Shown: one piece after another, positions 18,644 to 28,218 of the stretch
How the letters are laid out: each line of letters opens with the position of its first letter
How positions within the stretch are numbered: the stretch's first letter is position 1
Assembly: GCA_965215365.1 (NCBI GenBank)
Contig: CBDCDS010000003.1
Coordinates: 1,184,001-1,248,000 of the forward strand
Length of the DNA: 64,000 nt
Reading direction: 5' to 3'
From: Gammaproteobacteria bacterium
GTDB taxonomy: Bacteria; Pseudomonadota; Gammaproteobacteria; Eutrophobiales; Eutrophobiaceae
Position numbers and translations under genes: made by a program
The notes under the pieces: model-generated
What the model saw: only the letters and a program-made list of their open reading frames with translations
What the model was told of the DNA's origin: nothing
Databases searched by the model: none

Positions 18644-18672
18644 TTGAGGATGTAGCTCATTTGGGCTACACT
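18644..18672 (+). promoter_or_regulatory. Promoter and palindromic operator of dinJ-yafQ
   Basis: TTGAGG-17nt-TACACT with TGTAGCTCA-tt-TGGGCTACA between them. Confidence 0.6.
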
Positions 18673-18705
18673 GTCATAGTCAAGTCACAAACAGGAGAAT
18701 GATCC

Positions 18706-18966
18706 ATGGCAGTAACTGAGGTTGTACGCGCTCGAGTTGATGGGCGCTTGAAAGAAGAGGCCACCGCGATATTGGCGACCATGGGGCTTACCGTGTCCGA
18801 TTTCGTGCGTATTGGTCTCACCAAGGTAGTAAGCGAGCAGGGGTTGCCGTTTGCAATGCGAGCGCCCAACCGGCTGACAGCTGAAACCCTTGCCAGAAGC
18901 GAGCGCGGCGAGGACCTGCACCGTGCCGAAGACGCTGAAGCCCTGTTCAAAGACCTAGGTATTTGA
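18706..18966 (+). CDS. dinJ: RelB/DinJ antitoxin
   Basis: VVRARVD..LKEEA..ILATMGLTVSD..R..LPF..PN..T. Confidence 0.9.
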   Translation: MAVTEVVRARVDGRLKEEATAILATMGLTVSDFVRIGLTKVVSEQGLPFAMRAPNRLTAETLARSERGEDLHRAEDAEALFKDLGI

Positions 18967-19238
18967 TGCGTATCCCGGTCTATTCCGGCCAGTTCAAACG
19001 CGACCTGAAAACAGCACGGAAACGCGGCAAGGACATGGAGAAGATCAAGGCGCTGATGCGCTTGTTGATAGATGAAAAGCCCTTGTCCCCGCACTGCAAA
19101 GACCATCCGCTTAAGGGCCAGTGGCGCGGCTTCCGGGATGCTCACATCGAATCGGATTGGTTGCTGATTTACAAGATCGACGGCGACGAAGTGCGTTTTG
19201 AACGGACGGGCAGACACACCGACCTGTTTGAAGAGTAA
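18966..19238 (+). CDS. yafQ: YafQ mRNA interferase toxin
   Basis: QFKRDLK, KDHPLKGQW.GFRDAHIESDWLLIY, FERTGRHTDLF. Confidence 0.92.
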   Translation: MRIPVYSGQFKRDLKTARKRGKDMEKIKALMRLLIDEKPLSPHCKDHPLKGQWRGFRDAHIESDWLLIYKIDGDEVRFERTGRHTDLFEE

Positions 19239-19446
19239 GTAGTGGTCCCATGCTTGTCGAGAAAAAGTTAGAAGTTTATCAGCAGCAAGGGGCCAACCAT
19301 GGATATAAAGGCAATAGTTGGGAGAAACAATACTACACCCGGCCGCACATAAAGATCTCAGCATTCGGAATATATCGGCCCATCAGAATACGCAAGGCAG
19401 CTCATGCTATTATGTGCATTACGCGTAGCAATGAAAGAGATCAAAA

Positions 19447-19572
19447 ATGTACAAAAAAATGACGCTCACGCTCGATGAAGCGGTTTACGAAGCACTGTAC
19501 CGGACGGTTGGCAAGCGTCGGATAAGCAAGTTAATTCTGACGGGCGCGCAGGTGGGGAATCTGAACAAATGA
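19447..19572 (+). pseudogene. Truncated addiction-module antitoxin
   Basis: MYKKMTLTLDEAVYEALYRTVGKRRISKLI then homology lost. Confidence 0.55.
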
Positions 19573-19809
19573 GAAGCTTAATATTGATAGGTGTGTGGGG
19601 CTTAGTATTCTCATAAGGTGGTGCGATTTAGTTTATTAGGTTCTACGCACGCAATAAAAATGATGCGGTTGGGAGCAGAGATGATAACAGATGAAGAATC
19701 AAAAAATCAGCAAGGTGTGAGCTCTGAAGAATTTTTGTAGCCATCACGAAACTCTAATGCTACAAGCTACCTTTAATCACATCAGGAAGTTCAGCCACCG
19801 GAGATAAAG

Positions 19810-20034
19810 ATGAACTTAAAGCAAATAAAAGACGAGGTGCTCCACTTACCTGCAGGGGACAGAGCGGAGTTAGCCCAAAAACTTCTGCTAAGCCTTGATA
19901 CTCCGTCACAAGATGAAGTCGATGCCGGCTGGCTGACCGAATCACACAGGCGGGCACGTGAACTTGATGAAGGTATTGTTCAACCCATTCCGGCAGAAGA
20001 GGTGAGAAGAAAAGTACAAGCCTTGTTCAGATGA
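19810..20034 (+). CDS. Addiction-module antitoxin (orphan; partner reduced to stub MTYFLVTHA* at 20031-20060)
   Basis: LHLPAGDRAELAQKLLLSLD...AGWLTESHRRARELDEG..IPAEEV. Confidence 0.85.
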   Translation: MNLKQIKDEVLHLPAGDRAELAQKLLLSLDTPSQDEVDAGWLTESHRRARELDEGIVQPIPAEEVRRKVQALFR

Positions 20035-20052
20035 CCTATTTCTTGGTTACCC

Positions 20053-22173
20053 ATGCCTGACTACCTCCACGCCCTGCCTGCCGGCTACCGCCTTGACGAA
20101 TACGAACTGGTGCGGGTGCTGGGCAGTGGCGGGTTTGGCATTACCTACCTGGGCTACGACCATCACCTAGACAAAGCCGTCGCCATCAAGGAGTACCTGC
20201 CCAATGATCTGGCGGTGCGCGCTGACAATCACTCGGTGCTGCCCAAGTCCAGTCAGGACAAGGCCGATTACGAATGGGGCTTGGCGCGCTTTCTCAATGA
20301 AGCGCAGACCTTAGCCCGCTTTGACCACCGGCATATTATCAAAGTCTATCGGTTCTTCCGCGCCCATGGCACCGGGTATATCGTGATGGAGTATGCCGAG
20401 GGAGACACCTTATCAAAAGTGTTACAGCGTAAGGGGACTCTGACAGAGACCGAGTTACAAGCCCTGCTGTTTCCCATTCTGGACGGGTTGGCCGTGGTGC
20501 ATGAGGCCGATGTGCTGCACCGGGACATCAAGCCGGGGAATATTGTGATACGGGACGATGGCAGCCCGGTATTGATTGACTTCGGCTCGGCGCGTCAAGC
20601 GGTGGCGGGGAAGAGTCGCAGTGTGACGGCAATTGTGACGCCGGGGTATGCACCGATAGAGCAGTATTCAGCCAAGGGGCATCAGGGGGCCTGGACGGAT
20701 ATCTACGCCTTAGGGGCGGTGTGTTACCGGTGTTTGACCGGAGAGCTACCTGATGATGCAACCGAGCGCTTGCGCGATGACCCGTTAGTCCCTGCTGTCC
20801 AGCACTGCAAGGGCAAGGCAAGCACCGCCTTGCTCAACGCCATAGACCGGTCTCTTAAGGTAGATGAGGGGGAACGGCCGCAAAGCGTGGCGGCATGGCG
20901 GGAGATGCTATTGAATAAGACGGTAGCTTCAGCCTATCACCAGATAGAGGAAACGGCGAAACCGGCCACCCGGCCTCCTTCAATAAGCTCTCCAGAGGCT
21001 AAAGTTGGTTGGTTAAAACCCCTGCTGGTTGGGGTAGCAGTGTGGGTAATCTGTTTACTGTTAGTCTTTCTCGCGCAGGAGCAAGCTGCCATACAGCAGC
21101 AGGCTGTCAAACGAGAACGGATACGGCAGGAGCAGGCTGCCATACAGCAGGAGCAGGCTGTCAAACGAGAACAACGGATACGGCAGGAAAAATTATCTAA
21201 CGTTGAAATGTTCGAACAATATATCGTGGAGCAGGCTGTCAAACGAAAACAACGGATACTGCAGGAAAAATTATCTAACGTTGAAATGTTCGATCAATAT
21301 ATCGTGGAGCAGGCTGTCAATGAGCATTGGAACGCGTTTACGGCAGAGCTGAGGACTGGAGATCTGGTCGGAGCGGCTGCTTCCTTGTTTCAAATACGCC
21401 AGTTAAGCCCGAATGCGCCCGGTTTGTCCGACGGGGAGCGACTTTTAGCTGAGGCTCAGGTAGCTGCTCTGGCGAAGGCAATAGAGATGGTCTCCATCCC
21501 CGGCGGCACGTTCCGCATGGGGGATTTGAGTGGGGAGGGTTATAGCAACGAGCAACCCGTTCGCCGCGTCACGGTACCGGCCTTCAGGCTGGGAAAATAC
21601 GAAGTCACGTTTGCCCAATGGGACGCCTGTGTGGCGGATGGAGGCTGTAACGGTTACACCCCGCTTGTAGGCTGGGGCCGCGGCAACCGCCCGGTCGGCA
21701 ATGTCTCTTGGAACGACGCCCAATCCTTCATTGATTGGCTGAACGGCAAGACCGGCGGTAACTACCGCTTACCCACAGAGGCAGAGTGGGAGTATGCGGC
21801 CCGGGCCGGCACGACCACGAAGTACAGTTGGGGCGATGACATCGGCAGCAACCGGGCGAACTGTGATGATGATGTTTGCGGCGACTCCTATGAATACTCC
21901 GCCCCGGTAGGCAGTTTCCCGGCCAATCCTTGGGGCTTGCATGATATGCACGGTAATGTGTGGGAGTGGGTGCAAGATTGTTACAACGATAGTTACAAAG
22001 GTGCCCCGACAGACGGCAGCGCTTGGATGAGTGGTAATTGCGGCGAGCGCGTGCTTCGGGGTAGTTCCTGGTTCGGCGATGCGAGGTTCCTGCATTCCGC
22101 TTTCCGCTTCAAGGGTGCCGCCGCGAGCCAGTTCCACTTCGACATCGGCTTTCGTCTGGCCCAGGACAAGTAA
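20053..22173 (+). CDS. Ser/Thr kinase copy 3: kinase - TM - repeat stalk - FGE-sulfatase (C-type lectin-fold) domain
   Basis: All kinase motifs intact; TM LLVGVAVWVICLLLVFLA; [55 protein letters not shown]. Confidence 0.93.
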   Translation: MPDYLHALPAGYRLDEYELVRVLGSGGFGITYLGYDHHLDKAVAIKEYLPNDLAVRADNHSVLPKSSQDKADYEWGLARFLNEAQTLARFDHRHIIKVYRFFRAHGTGYIVMEYAEGDTLSKVLQRKGTLTETELQALLFPILDGLAVVHEADVLHRDIKPGNIVIRDDGSPVLIDFGSARQAVAGKSRSVTAIVTPGYAPIEQYSAKGHQGAWTDIYALGAVCYRCLTGELPDDATERLRDDPLVPAVQHCKGKASTALLNAIDRSLKVDEGERPQSVAAWREMLLNKTVASAYHQIEETAKPATRPPSISSPEAKVGWLKPLLVGVAVWVICLLLVFLAQEQAAIQQQAVKRERIRQEQAAIQQEQAVKREQRIRQEKLSNVEMFEQYIVEQAVKRKQRILQEKLSNVEMFDQYIVEQAVNEHWNAFTAELRTGDLVGAAASLFQIRQLSPNAPGLSDGERLLAEAQVAALAKAIEMVSIPGGTFRMGDLSGEGYSNEQPVRRVTVPAFRLGKYEVTFAQWDACVADGGCNGYTPLVGWGRGNRPVGNVSWNDAQSFIDWLNGKTGGNYRLPTEAEWEYAARAGTTTKYSWGDDIGSNRANCDDDVCGDSYEYSAPVGSFPANPWGLHDMHGNVWEWVQDCYNDSYKGAPTDGSAWMSGNCGERVLRGSSWFGDARFLHSAFRFKGAAASQFHFDIGFRLAQDK
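21076..21320 (+). repeat. Tandem coding repeats in the kinase 3 stalk
   Basis: QEQAAIQQ(E)QAVKRE(Q)RIR twice and QEKLSNVEMF(E/D)QYIVEQAV twice; four copies of AGGCTGTCAA. Confidence 0.85.
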
Positions 22174-22428
22174 AACGAAGGCATGATACAGGGTATATGC
22201 ACACGACTCTATGCCGCGATTCCCTTTGCGCTGTTCCCTCTTTCCCTTTTCAATTGCGTTGATGCGTCACGTGGTATCTACCGGAATGTTTGCTATGTAA
22301 ATTTTGAAAATTTACATACTGTCGGGGTGTGCAGCTCCCTGATCATGAGGGTTTAGGGGTGGCCTTATGAGTCGAAAAGGCTGGGAAGCGGTCAGAATTA
22401 AATGGCAAGAGTACCAGTCCTGAAAAAT

Positions 22429-23448
22429 TCATTCCCGATGCGGATGCTTGGCGCGATACACCTGTCCTATCCAGTTGTTGATGACGGATTCGGCACTGTC
22501 GTGCCAGGTGTTGTCCAGGGAGGGGCTGATGAGTGCTTCGGGGAAGGGCGGGGGGGGCTGCTGCGCCTCCCTGGCCGCCAGTACGCGGTCCTGGTACTCG
22601 ATTAGTATTGCCCGGGTCTGCGCTCTGAAATAATGTTCGGGAAAAGGCGGGTAGGTGTCGGTCTCGCCGGCAACGTAGCGTAATACCTCCCGTTTGTATT
22701 CTTTTAGCAGGCTGTTGGCGTCATACTCGGGGTGGCCCTGAAAAAAGACCAGACGCAGGCCATCGGCACTCACGGCCAGGTGCGCGCCGACGGTGTCGCT
22801 CTGTACCAGCACTTTCAGGCCGGCTGCGGCGAATTGCTGCGGTGTTACTGCGTTAAAACGGGAGTGCGGCACGTCAAAACGGGTATTCATTCCCGCTACC
22901 AGCGGATGCGAACGATCCCGCACCCGATGTGAATAGACTCCCCAGCACTTGGCGGGCAAGGCCACCCGGTGTTGCCGGTAACGGAACTGCAATACCGCGT
23001 GGGTGGCAAGGCAGGAACACAGTATGGAGGTGACATGCTCACAGGCCCAGTTGACCACCTCGATGAGCGGGTCCCAGAATTCCTGCCGGTCCAGCGCTGG
23101 ATCGACCACATTGGCGCCGGTGATGATCAGCGCATCCAGACCTTCGGCCTGGATGTCTGCAAAACGCTTGTAATACTTTTCCACATGCGCGCGCCCTTCT
23201 GGGCTGCGCTGCAACCCGTCCAGAGTAAACGGGTGCAGGTAAAAGCGCGCGATCTGGTTGCTCTCACCCACCAGCCGGAAGAACTGCCGCTCGGTGGCCT
23301 CTAAGGCCTTGTCCGGCATCATGTTCAGCAGGCCGATGTGCAGTTCGCGCACTTCCTGGCTCAAGGCCGTGTCGCGGGGAATGATCAGGCAGCCCTCGCT
23401 TTGCAAACGCGCAAAACTGGGCAGGTCGGTATGCGCTACCAACGGCAT
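22429..23448 (-). CDS. metA: Homoserine O-succinyl/acetyltransferase
   Basis: LHIGLLNMMPD.ALEATERQF, DALIITGA, CSCLA, FQGHPEYD. Confidence 0.92.
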   Translation of the reverse strand: MPLVAHTDLPSFARLQSEGCLIIPRDTALSQEVRELHIGLLNMMPDKALEATERQFFRLVGESNQIARFYLHPFTLDGLQRSPEGRAHVEKYYKRFADIQAEGLDALIITGANVVDPALDRQEFWDPLIEVVNWACEHVTSILCSCLATHAVLQFRYRQHRVALPAKCWGVYSHRVRDRSHPLVAGMNTRFDVPHSRFNAVTPQQFAAAGLKVLVQSDTVGAHLAVSADGLRLVFFQGHPEYDANSLLKEYKREVLRYVAGETDTYPPFPEHYFRAQTRAILIEYQDRVLAAREAQQPPPPFPEALISPSLDNTWHDSAESVINNWIGQVYRAKHPHRE

Positions 23449-23451
23449 CTG

Positions 23452-24294
23452 TCAACCACCCCGGTCCAGCACGGCGGCGATGACGTCAATGAAATCCTGT
23501 TCTGAGGCAACGCCCAGCACGTCACTGCTGGGCGCGGTATAGCCGTAATTGTCGGCAATGTGCTTATAACGGGGCACGCGGGCGCGCAACAGCCGCGGGA
23601 ATACCCACCTGACGAAATCGTCCGGTTCGATCAGGGCAATATATTCCAGTTGCCGTTCCTGCATATATACGGTCAGTTGTTCATCCAGGAAAGTGTCCCG
23701 GTAGTACAAGGGCTTGGGTTCCCGTTCGGCCCGCGCCATCAGCTCTTGCTCATCCCCGGCCGTGGCTTGCATGTATAACACCACGGTATGTTGCGCCAGC
23801 ATGGCGATGACCTCATCATCCAGATCACACAGGCTGCCGCCGGCATCGTTGACAAAGTGGGCATAACCATATACCTCCCGGGCCTTGCGCATGAACTCCG
23901 GCACGTCGTTCATGGCATTGCTCTCGGCGGCCCGGTGCAGGGCTTGACGGCGTTTGAATTCCGGCAAATCCAGCCCGCCCAGTTCCGGGTTGCCGAGCTT
24001 GCCCAGAAAGCTCGACAGCGGTTTTAAGTTATCGATGTCGAGGTTGTTGGTGATGTAGATGGAGTCGGAACGCAGCAGTTCCCGGGTGAACGGGATCTGC
24101 ATAACATGCTGCTTGATGTTGTCCAGGATGGCCTCATCTAGGTAACGGGTGCCGATGCGGTAATCGCCGGAATAATGAAACCAGTGGTGACGCCGCAGCT
24201 TGCGCGCCAAGGTGGTCTTGCCCACCCCGGACATGCCCAGCAGCGTCACGGACTTGTGTTGCCAATGCCTGAATTCGTCACCGGTCATTTTCAT
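23452..24294 (-). CDS. P-loop ATPase of unknown function upstream of metA
   Basis: LLGMSGVGKT, WFHYSGDYRIGTRYL, NDAGGSLC, PKPLYY. Confidence 0.8.
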   Translation of the reverse strand: MKMTGDEFRHWQHKSVTLLGMSGVGKTTLARKLRRHHWFHYSGDYRIGTRYLDEAILDNIKQHVMQIPFTRELLRSDSIYITNNLDIDNLKPLSSFLGKLGNPELGGLDLPEFKRRQALHRAAESNAMNDVPEFMRKAREVYGYAHFVNDAGGSLCDLDDEVIAMLAQHTVVLYMQATAGDEQELMARAEREPKPLYYRDTFLDEQLTVYMQERQLEYIALIEPDDFVRWVFPRLLRARVPRYKHIADNYGYTAPSSDVLGVASEQDFIDVIAAVLDRGG

Positions 24295-24319
24295 GATATT
24301 GCAACCATGAGCGTGCAGA

Positions 24320-24500
24320 TTCATCCGCAGCTGACGCAGATTAACGCAGATATTTTTTTGTCACTCAGGACGCACGGTTCACGGAACCATTGAGTTGCGA
24401 CAACCGCCGATTAAGTTAGAGGTGGCCTTAAAATAATCTGCGTCAGCTGCGGATGAATCAAACTGCCCCAGTCAAGTGTCGCGTCAGCTGCGGATGATGA
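24320..24500. repeat. Family-D REP-like palindromes (three motifs) plus a family-B half site
   Basis: TTCATCCGCAGCTGACGCAGATT ... AATCTGCGTCAGCTGCGGATGAA inverted pair, third GCGTCAGCTGCGGATGA; TTAGAGGTGGCC. Confidence 0.6.
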
Positions 24501-24512
24501 TATGTCACCCGC

Positions 24513-26597
24513 TCATTCATCCACCGCTTTCATGCTTAACCGTACCCGGCCCTGGCGGTCTATCTCCAGCACCTTGACCTTGACGAAATCGCCTTCCGAC
24601 AGTTTGTCGCTGACGTTTTGCACCCGTTCATGGGAAATCTGGGAAATATGCACCAGCCCGTCCTTGCCCGGCAGGATGTTCACGAACGCACCGAAGTCCA
24701 TGAGCTTTGCCACCCGGCCGCGATATACCTTGCCGACCTCCACGTCTTCGGTCAGGTCTTCAATGCGTTTACGCGCGGCATCACTGGCGCTCTTGTCGCT
24801 GGAATAAATTTTGATGTTGCCGCTGTCGTCGATATCGATGGCGGCCCCGGTCTCGTCGGTGATGGCGCGGATGGTGGCGCCACCCTTGCCGATCACGTCC
24901 CTGATCTTGTCCGGGTGGATTTTGATGGTGGTAATGCGCGGGGCGTACTCCGACATCTCGGCGCGGGTGGCACCCAGTACTGCGTTCATCTTCTCTAGGA
25001 TGTGTAATCTCCCGGTGCGCGCCTGGGACAGGGCGGTTTGCATGATCTCCCGGGTGATGCCCGGCACCTTGATATCCATTTGCAACGCGCTGATGCCGGT
25101 GTCGGTGCCGGCCACCTTGAAATCCATATCGCCCAAGTGGTCTTCATCGCCCATGATATCCGACAGCACCACAAACTTGTCTTCCTCTTTGATCAAACCC
25201 ATGGCGATACCGGCTACCGGCGCTTTGATGCTGATACCCGCGTCCATCAATGCCAGGCTGGCGCCGCAGACCGAGGCCATGGAACTGGAGCCGTTCGATT
25301 CGGTAATTTCCGAGACGATACGGATGGCGTAGGGAAAGTCGTCCAGGTCCGGCATGATCGCCATCAAGGCGCGCTTGGCCAGCCGGCCGTGGCCGATCTC
25401 GCGGCGCTTGGGCGACCCGGCGCGTCCGGTCTCACCCACGCAATACGGCGGGAAGTTGTAATGCAGCATGAACGGGTCCTTGCGCTCGCCTTCAATGGCG
25501 TCGATGATCTGCGCGTCCCGGTCGGTGCCCAGGGTGGCCGCTACCAGCGCCTGGGTTTCCCCGCGGGTAAACAGAGCCGAGCCGTGCGCCCGGGGCAGCA
25601 GGCCGACCTCTACGCTGACATCTCGCACCGTTTCGGTGTCGCGCCCGTCGATGCGCGGCTCGCCGGCAACCACCGTGCCCCTGACGATGCTGCTTTCCAG
25701 TTTTTCAAATGCGCCCCTGATGGTCTTTTCGCTCCAGCGCTCACCGTGCTTCTCAGTGATGTCGGCGAGTGCCGTGGCGCGCGCCTGCGCCAGTCGCTCG
25801 CGCCGGCTGAGCTTGTCCCGGATTGAGTAGGCCGCACGCAACGGCTCGGTGCACAGGTTGCTGATCTCGTCTGCCAGTTCCTGATCTGCTGCCGGCGGCT
25901 GCCAGTCCCAGGGTTGGGTGTCCGCTTCTGTGGCCAGCGCCTGAATGTTCTCAATGACGATCTGCAGCTGTTCGTGGCCGAACATCACCGCGCCCAGCAT
26001 GACTTCCTCTGACAACAGCGCGGCTTCGGATTCAACCATCAGCACCGAGCTATCGGTGCCGGCCACTACCAGGTCCAGCTCCGAGTCGGCCAGGGCGGCG
26101 TAACCGGGGTTAAGCAGGTACTCGCCATTGCGATACCCCACCCGCGCGGCGCCGACAGGCCCTTGAAACGGCACCCCGGACACGGCCAGCGCCGCCGACG
26201 CGCCGATCAGGGCCGGTATATCCGGGTCAATCTGCGGGTCCAGCGACATCACCGTGGCGATGATCTGCACCTCATTTCTGAATTGTTTGGGAAATAGCGG
26301 GCGTATCGGCCGGTCTATCAGCCGGCATGTCAATACTTCCTTTTCCGACGGCCGGCCCTCGCGCCGGAAGAAACCGCCGGGGATCTTCCCGGCCGCATAG
26401 GTTTTTTCCATGTAATCCACCGTGAGCGGAAAAAAGTCCTGGTCGGGCCGGGCTTCCTTGCTGGCCACACAGGTCACCAGCACCACCGTATCACCCATGC
26501 TCACCAATACCGCGCCGGTAGCCTGCCGCGCAATGCGCCCGGTTTCCAGCGTGACCGGAATATCCCCATACTGAAATTCTTTTTTTACTACGTTCAT
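24513..26597 (-). CDS. pnp: Polyribonucleotide nucleotidyltransferase
   Basis: [38 protein letters not shown] and S1 domains. Confidence 0.98.
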   Translation of the reverse strand: MNVVKKEFQYGDIPVTLETGRIARQATGAVLVSMGDTVVLVTCVASKEARPDQDFFPLTVDYMEKTYAAGKIPGGFFRREGRPSEKEVLTCRLIDRPIRPLFPKQFRNEVQIIATVMSLDPQIDPDIPALIGASAALAVSGVPFQGPVGAARVGYRNGEYLLNPGYAALADSELDLVVAGTDSSVLMVESEAALLSEEVMLGAVMFGHEQLQIVIENIQALATEADTQPWDWQPPAADQELADEISNLCTEPLRAAYSIRDKLSRRERLAQARATALADITEKHGERWSEKTIRGAFEKLESSIVRGTVVAGEPRIDGRDTETVRDVSVEVGLLPRAHGSALFTRGETQALVAATLGTDRDAQIIDAIEGERKDPFMLHYNFPPYCVGETGRAGSPKRREIGHGRLAKRALMAIMPDLDDFPYAIRIVSEITESNGSSSMASVCGASLALMDAGISIKAPVAGIAMGLIKEEDKFVVLSDIMGDEDHLGDMDFKVAGTDTGISALQMDIKVPGITREIMQTALSQARTGRLHILEKMNAVLGATRAEMSEYAPRITTIKIHPDKIRDVIGKGGATIRAITDETGAAIDIDDSGNIKIYSSDKSASDAARKRIEDLTEDVEVGKVYRGRVAKLMDFGAFVNILPGKDGLVHISQISHERVQNVSDKLSEGDFVKVKVLEIDRQGRVRLSMKAVDE

Positions 26598-26755
26598 AAC
26601 ACTCTTCCCGATGATAGTTTAAGGAACCTCCGGTTTAGAAGGTTCCCTGACTGAAGGAGCCCCTGACGCGGTCAGGGGGAGATAACAACGATGAGCTTCT
26701 ACAAGGACTGGACGTGTCGGCAACCTGTGCCGGATACACGGTAGTGTGAAACCGG

Positions 26756-27025
26756 TTACTTTCTCAACGACAACCGGCCGATCAAATCACGATACCGATC
26801 AATGTCTTTGTTCTTCAAATAATCCAGCAGCTTCCGCCGCCGGTTTACCATACGCAACAACCCCTGGCGTGAATGATGATCCTTGGCATGCGATTTGAAG
26901 TGCTGCGACAAATCAGTAATGCGCGCGGTCAACAACGCCACCTGCACCTCGGGTGAACCCGTGTCCGCAGATGAACGTTGATACTGTTTCAGAATATCAG
27001 CTTTATGCTGCCCGTTTAACGACAT
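26756..27025 (-). CDS. rpsO: 30S ribosomal protein S15
   Basis: [16 protein letters not shown]...KDHHSR.GLL. Confidence 0.98.
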   Translation of the reverse strand: MSLNGQHKADILKQYQRSSADTGSPEVQVALLTARITDLSQHFKSHAKDHHSRQGLLRMVNRRRKLLDYLKNKDIDRYRDLIGRLSLRK

Positions 27026-27103
27026 AAATCTATCTTCTCCCGCCCTCTCACTCAAAAGCGAGGCTATTCTACCCATGCTTGCGACATGTTACAAGAAAAA
27101 CTT

Positions 27104-28018
27104 TCAACTGACCAGACGCTTGGGGGCTACGCGCCCGTCGGGGAGGACTTCGCCGACGCCCAGGAAGCGCTGGTCTTCATGGTAGATACGCAACAGACCC
27201 CGGGTTGGCGCCTGTGGCACTGTGACCGGTTGCCCCTGGCACAGGTAAAAGGCGACGGCTTCGATCAGGTGTACGGCGGGCATATCCCGGACTACGGAAT
27301 CAATATCGAGCAGTAACTCGTCCAGGCCCGGGACGCCGGCTGCGGCCAGGTGTTGTAGCGTCGCCAGCGTCACCATGTTGGCCGCTGTGTAGGGGCCTAC
27401 ACCGATGCGCCGCAACGCCTGCACATGGGCGCCGCAACCCAGTTCCTTGCCGATGTCTTCGGCCAGGGTGCGGATGTAGGTTCCCTTGGAGCAGCGTATG
27501 TCCAGCTCCAGCCGGGTCTCGCGGTAATCGAGCAGGTCTATGTTATGTATGGTAATTTCACGCGGCTCGCGTTCTACTTCCAGGCCCTGGTGGGCAAGTT
27601 TGTACAGGCGTTCGCCCTTGTGTTTCAGCGCTGAGAACATGGGCGGTACCTGCATGATGGTGCCGTGGAAGGCAGCCAGGGTTTGTGCTATGCGGCGCGC
27701 TGACAGGTTCCCGGTAGCGCCCCGGAATACCACCTCACCCTCGGCGTCGCCGGTGCTGGTCTGGGCACCGAGTTGCAATACCGTATGGTAATGTTTGTCG
27801 GCATTGAGCAGGAAACCGGTGAATTTCGTCGCCGCGCCAAAGCACAGCGGCAACAAGCCCGATGCGGCCTTGTCCAGGCTGCCGGTATGCCCGGCCTTGC
27901 GCGCCCGGTACAGCGACTTCACTTGCTGCAAGGCTTCGTTGGAAGTCAACCCCAACGGCTTGTCCAGCAACAGCACGCCGGTGACGTTGCGGCCTTTTGT
28001 TCTGTTTCTGCGGGGCAT
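27104..28018 (-). CDS. truB: tRNA pseudouridine(55) synthase
   Basis: LLDKPLG, KAGHTGSLD, QVPPMFSALK, CSKGTYIRTL. Confidence 0.97.
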   Translation of the reverse strand: MPRRNRTKGRNVTGVLLLDKPLGLTSNEALQQVKSLYRARKAGHTGSLDKAASGLLPLCFGAATKFTGFLLNADKHYHTVLQLGAQTSTGDAEGEVVFRGATGNLSARRIAQTLAAFHGTIMQVPPMFSALKHKGERLYKLAHQGLEVEREPREITIHNIDLLDYRETRLELDIRCSKGTYIRTLAEDIGKELGCGAHVQALRRIGVGPYTAANMVTLATLQHLAAAGVPGLDELLLDIDSVVRDMPAVHLIEAVAFYLCQGQPVTVPQAPTRGLLRIYHEDQRFLGVGEVLPDGRVAPKRLVS

Positions 28019-28068
28019 GATGTCAATCGTTTTGAGGGCGCCGCCAAAAAAATCAGCGGTTCCCTTGA

Positions 28069-28218
28069 GGCCACCTCTGAAAATTAGAGGTGGCCGTGCA
28101 GTACAAGGATGTGCTGCCATTTTTAGTCACGTAAGTGACTGAAAATGAAGGAAACGGAAAATCGTATTTTTCCGTTTCCGTGTCTAAAAATGCCACGGAG
28201 GGCATTTTTAGAGGTTCC
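28069..28218. mobile_element. Family-B palindromic MITE (basic ~150-bp form); supplies the rbfA stop codon
   Basis: ACCTCT..AGAGGT hairpins at both ends, TGCAG.ACAAGGATGTGCTGC core. Confidence 0.85.

Noticed and set aside
2855-22173. Integron cassette array
   Set aside because: No recurring attC (RYYYAAC...GTTRRRY) structures seen between genes, genes lie on both strands, and no IntI is present
22294-22428. AT-rich palindrome (22294-22318) and possible HicA stub MARVPVLK at 22402
   Set aside because: Too short to support a call; may be further TA debris at the island edge
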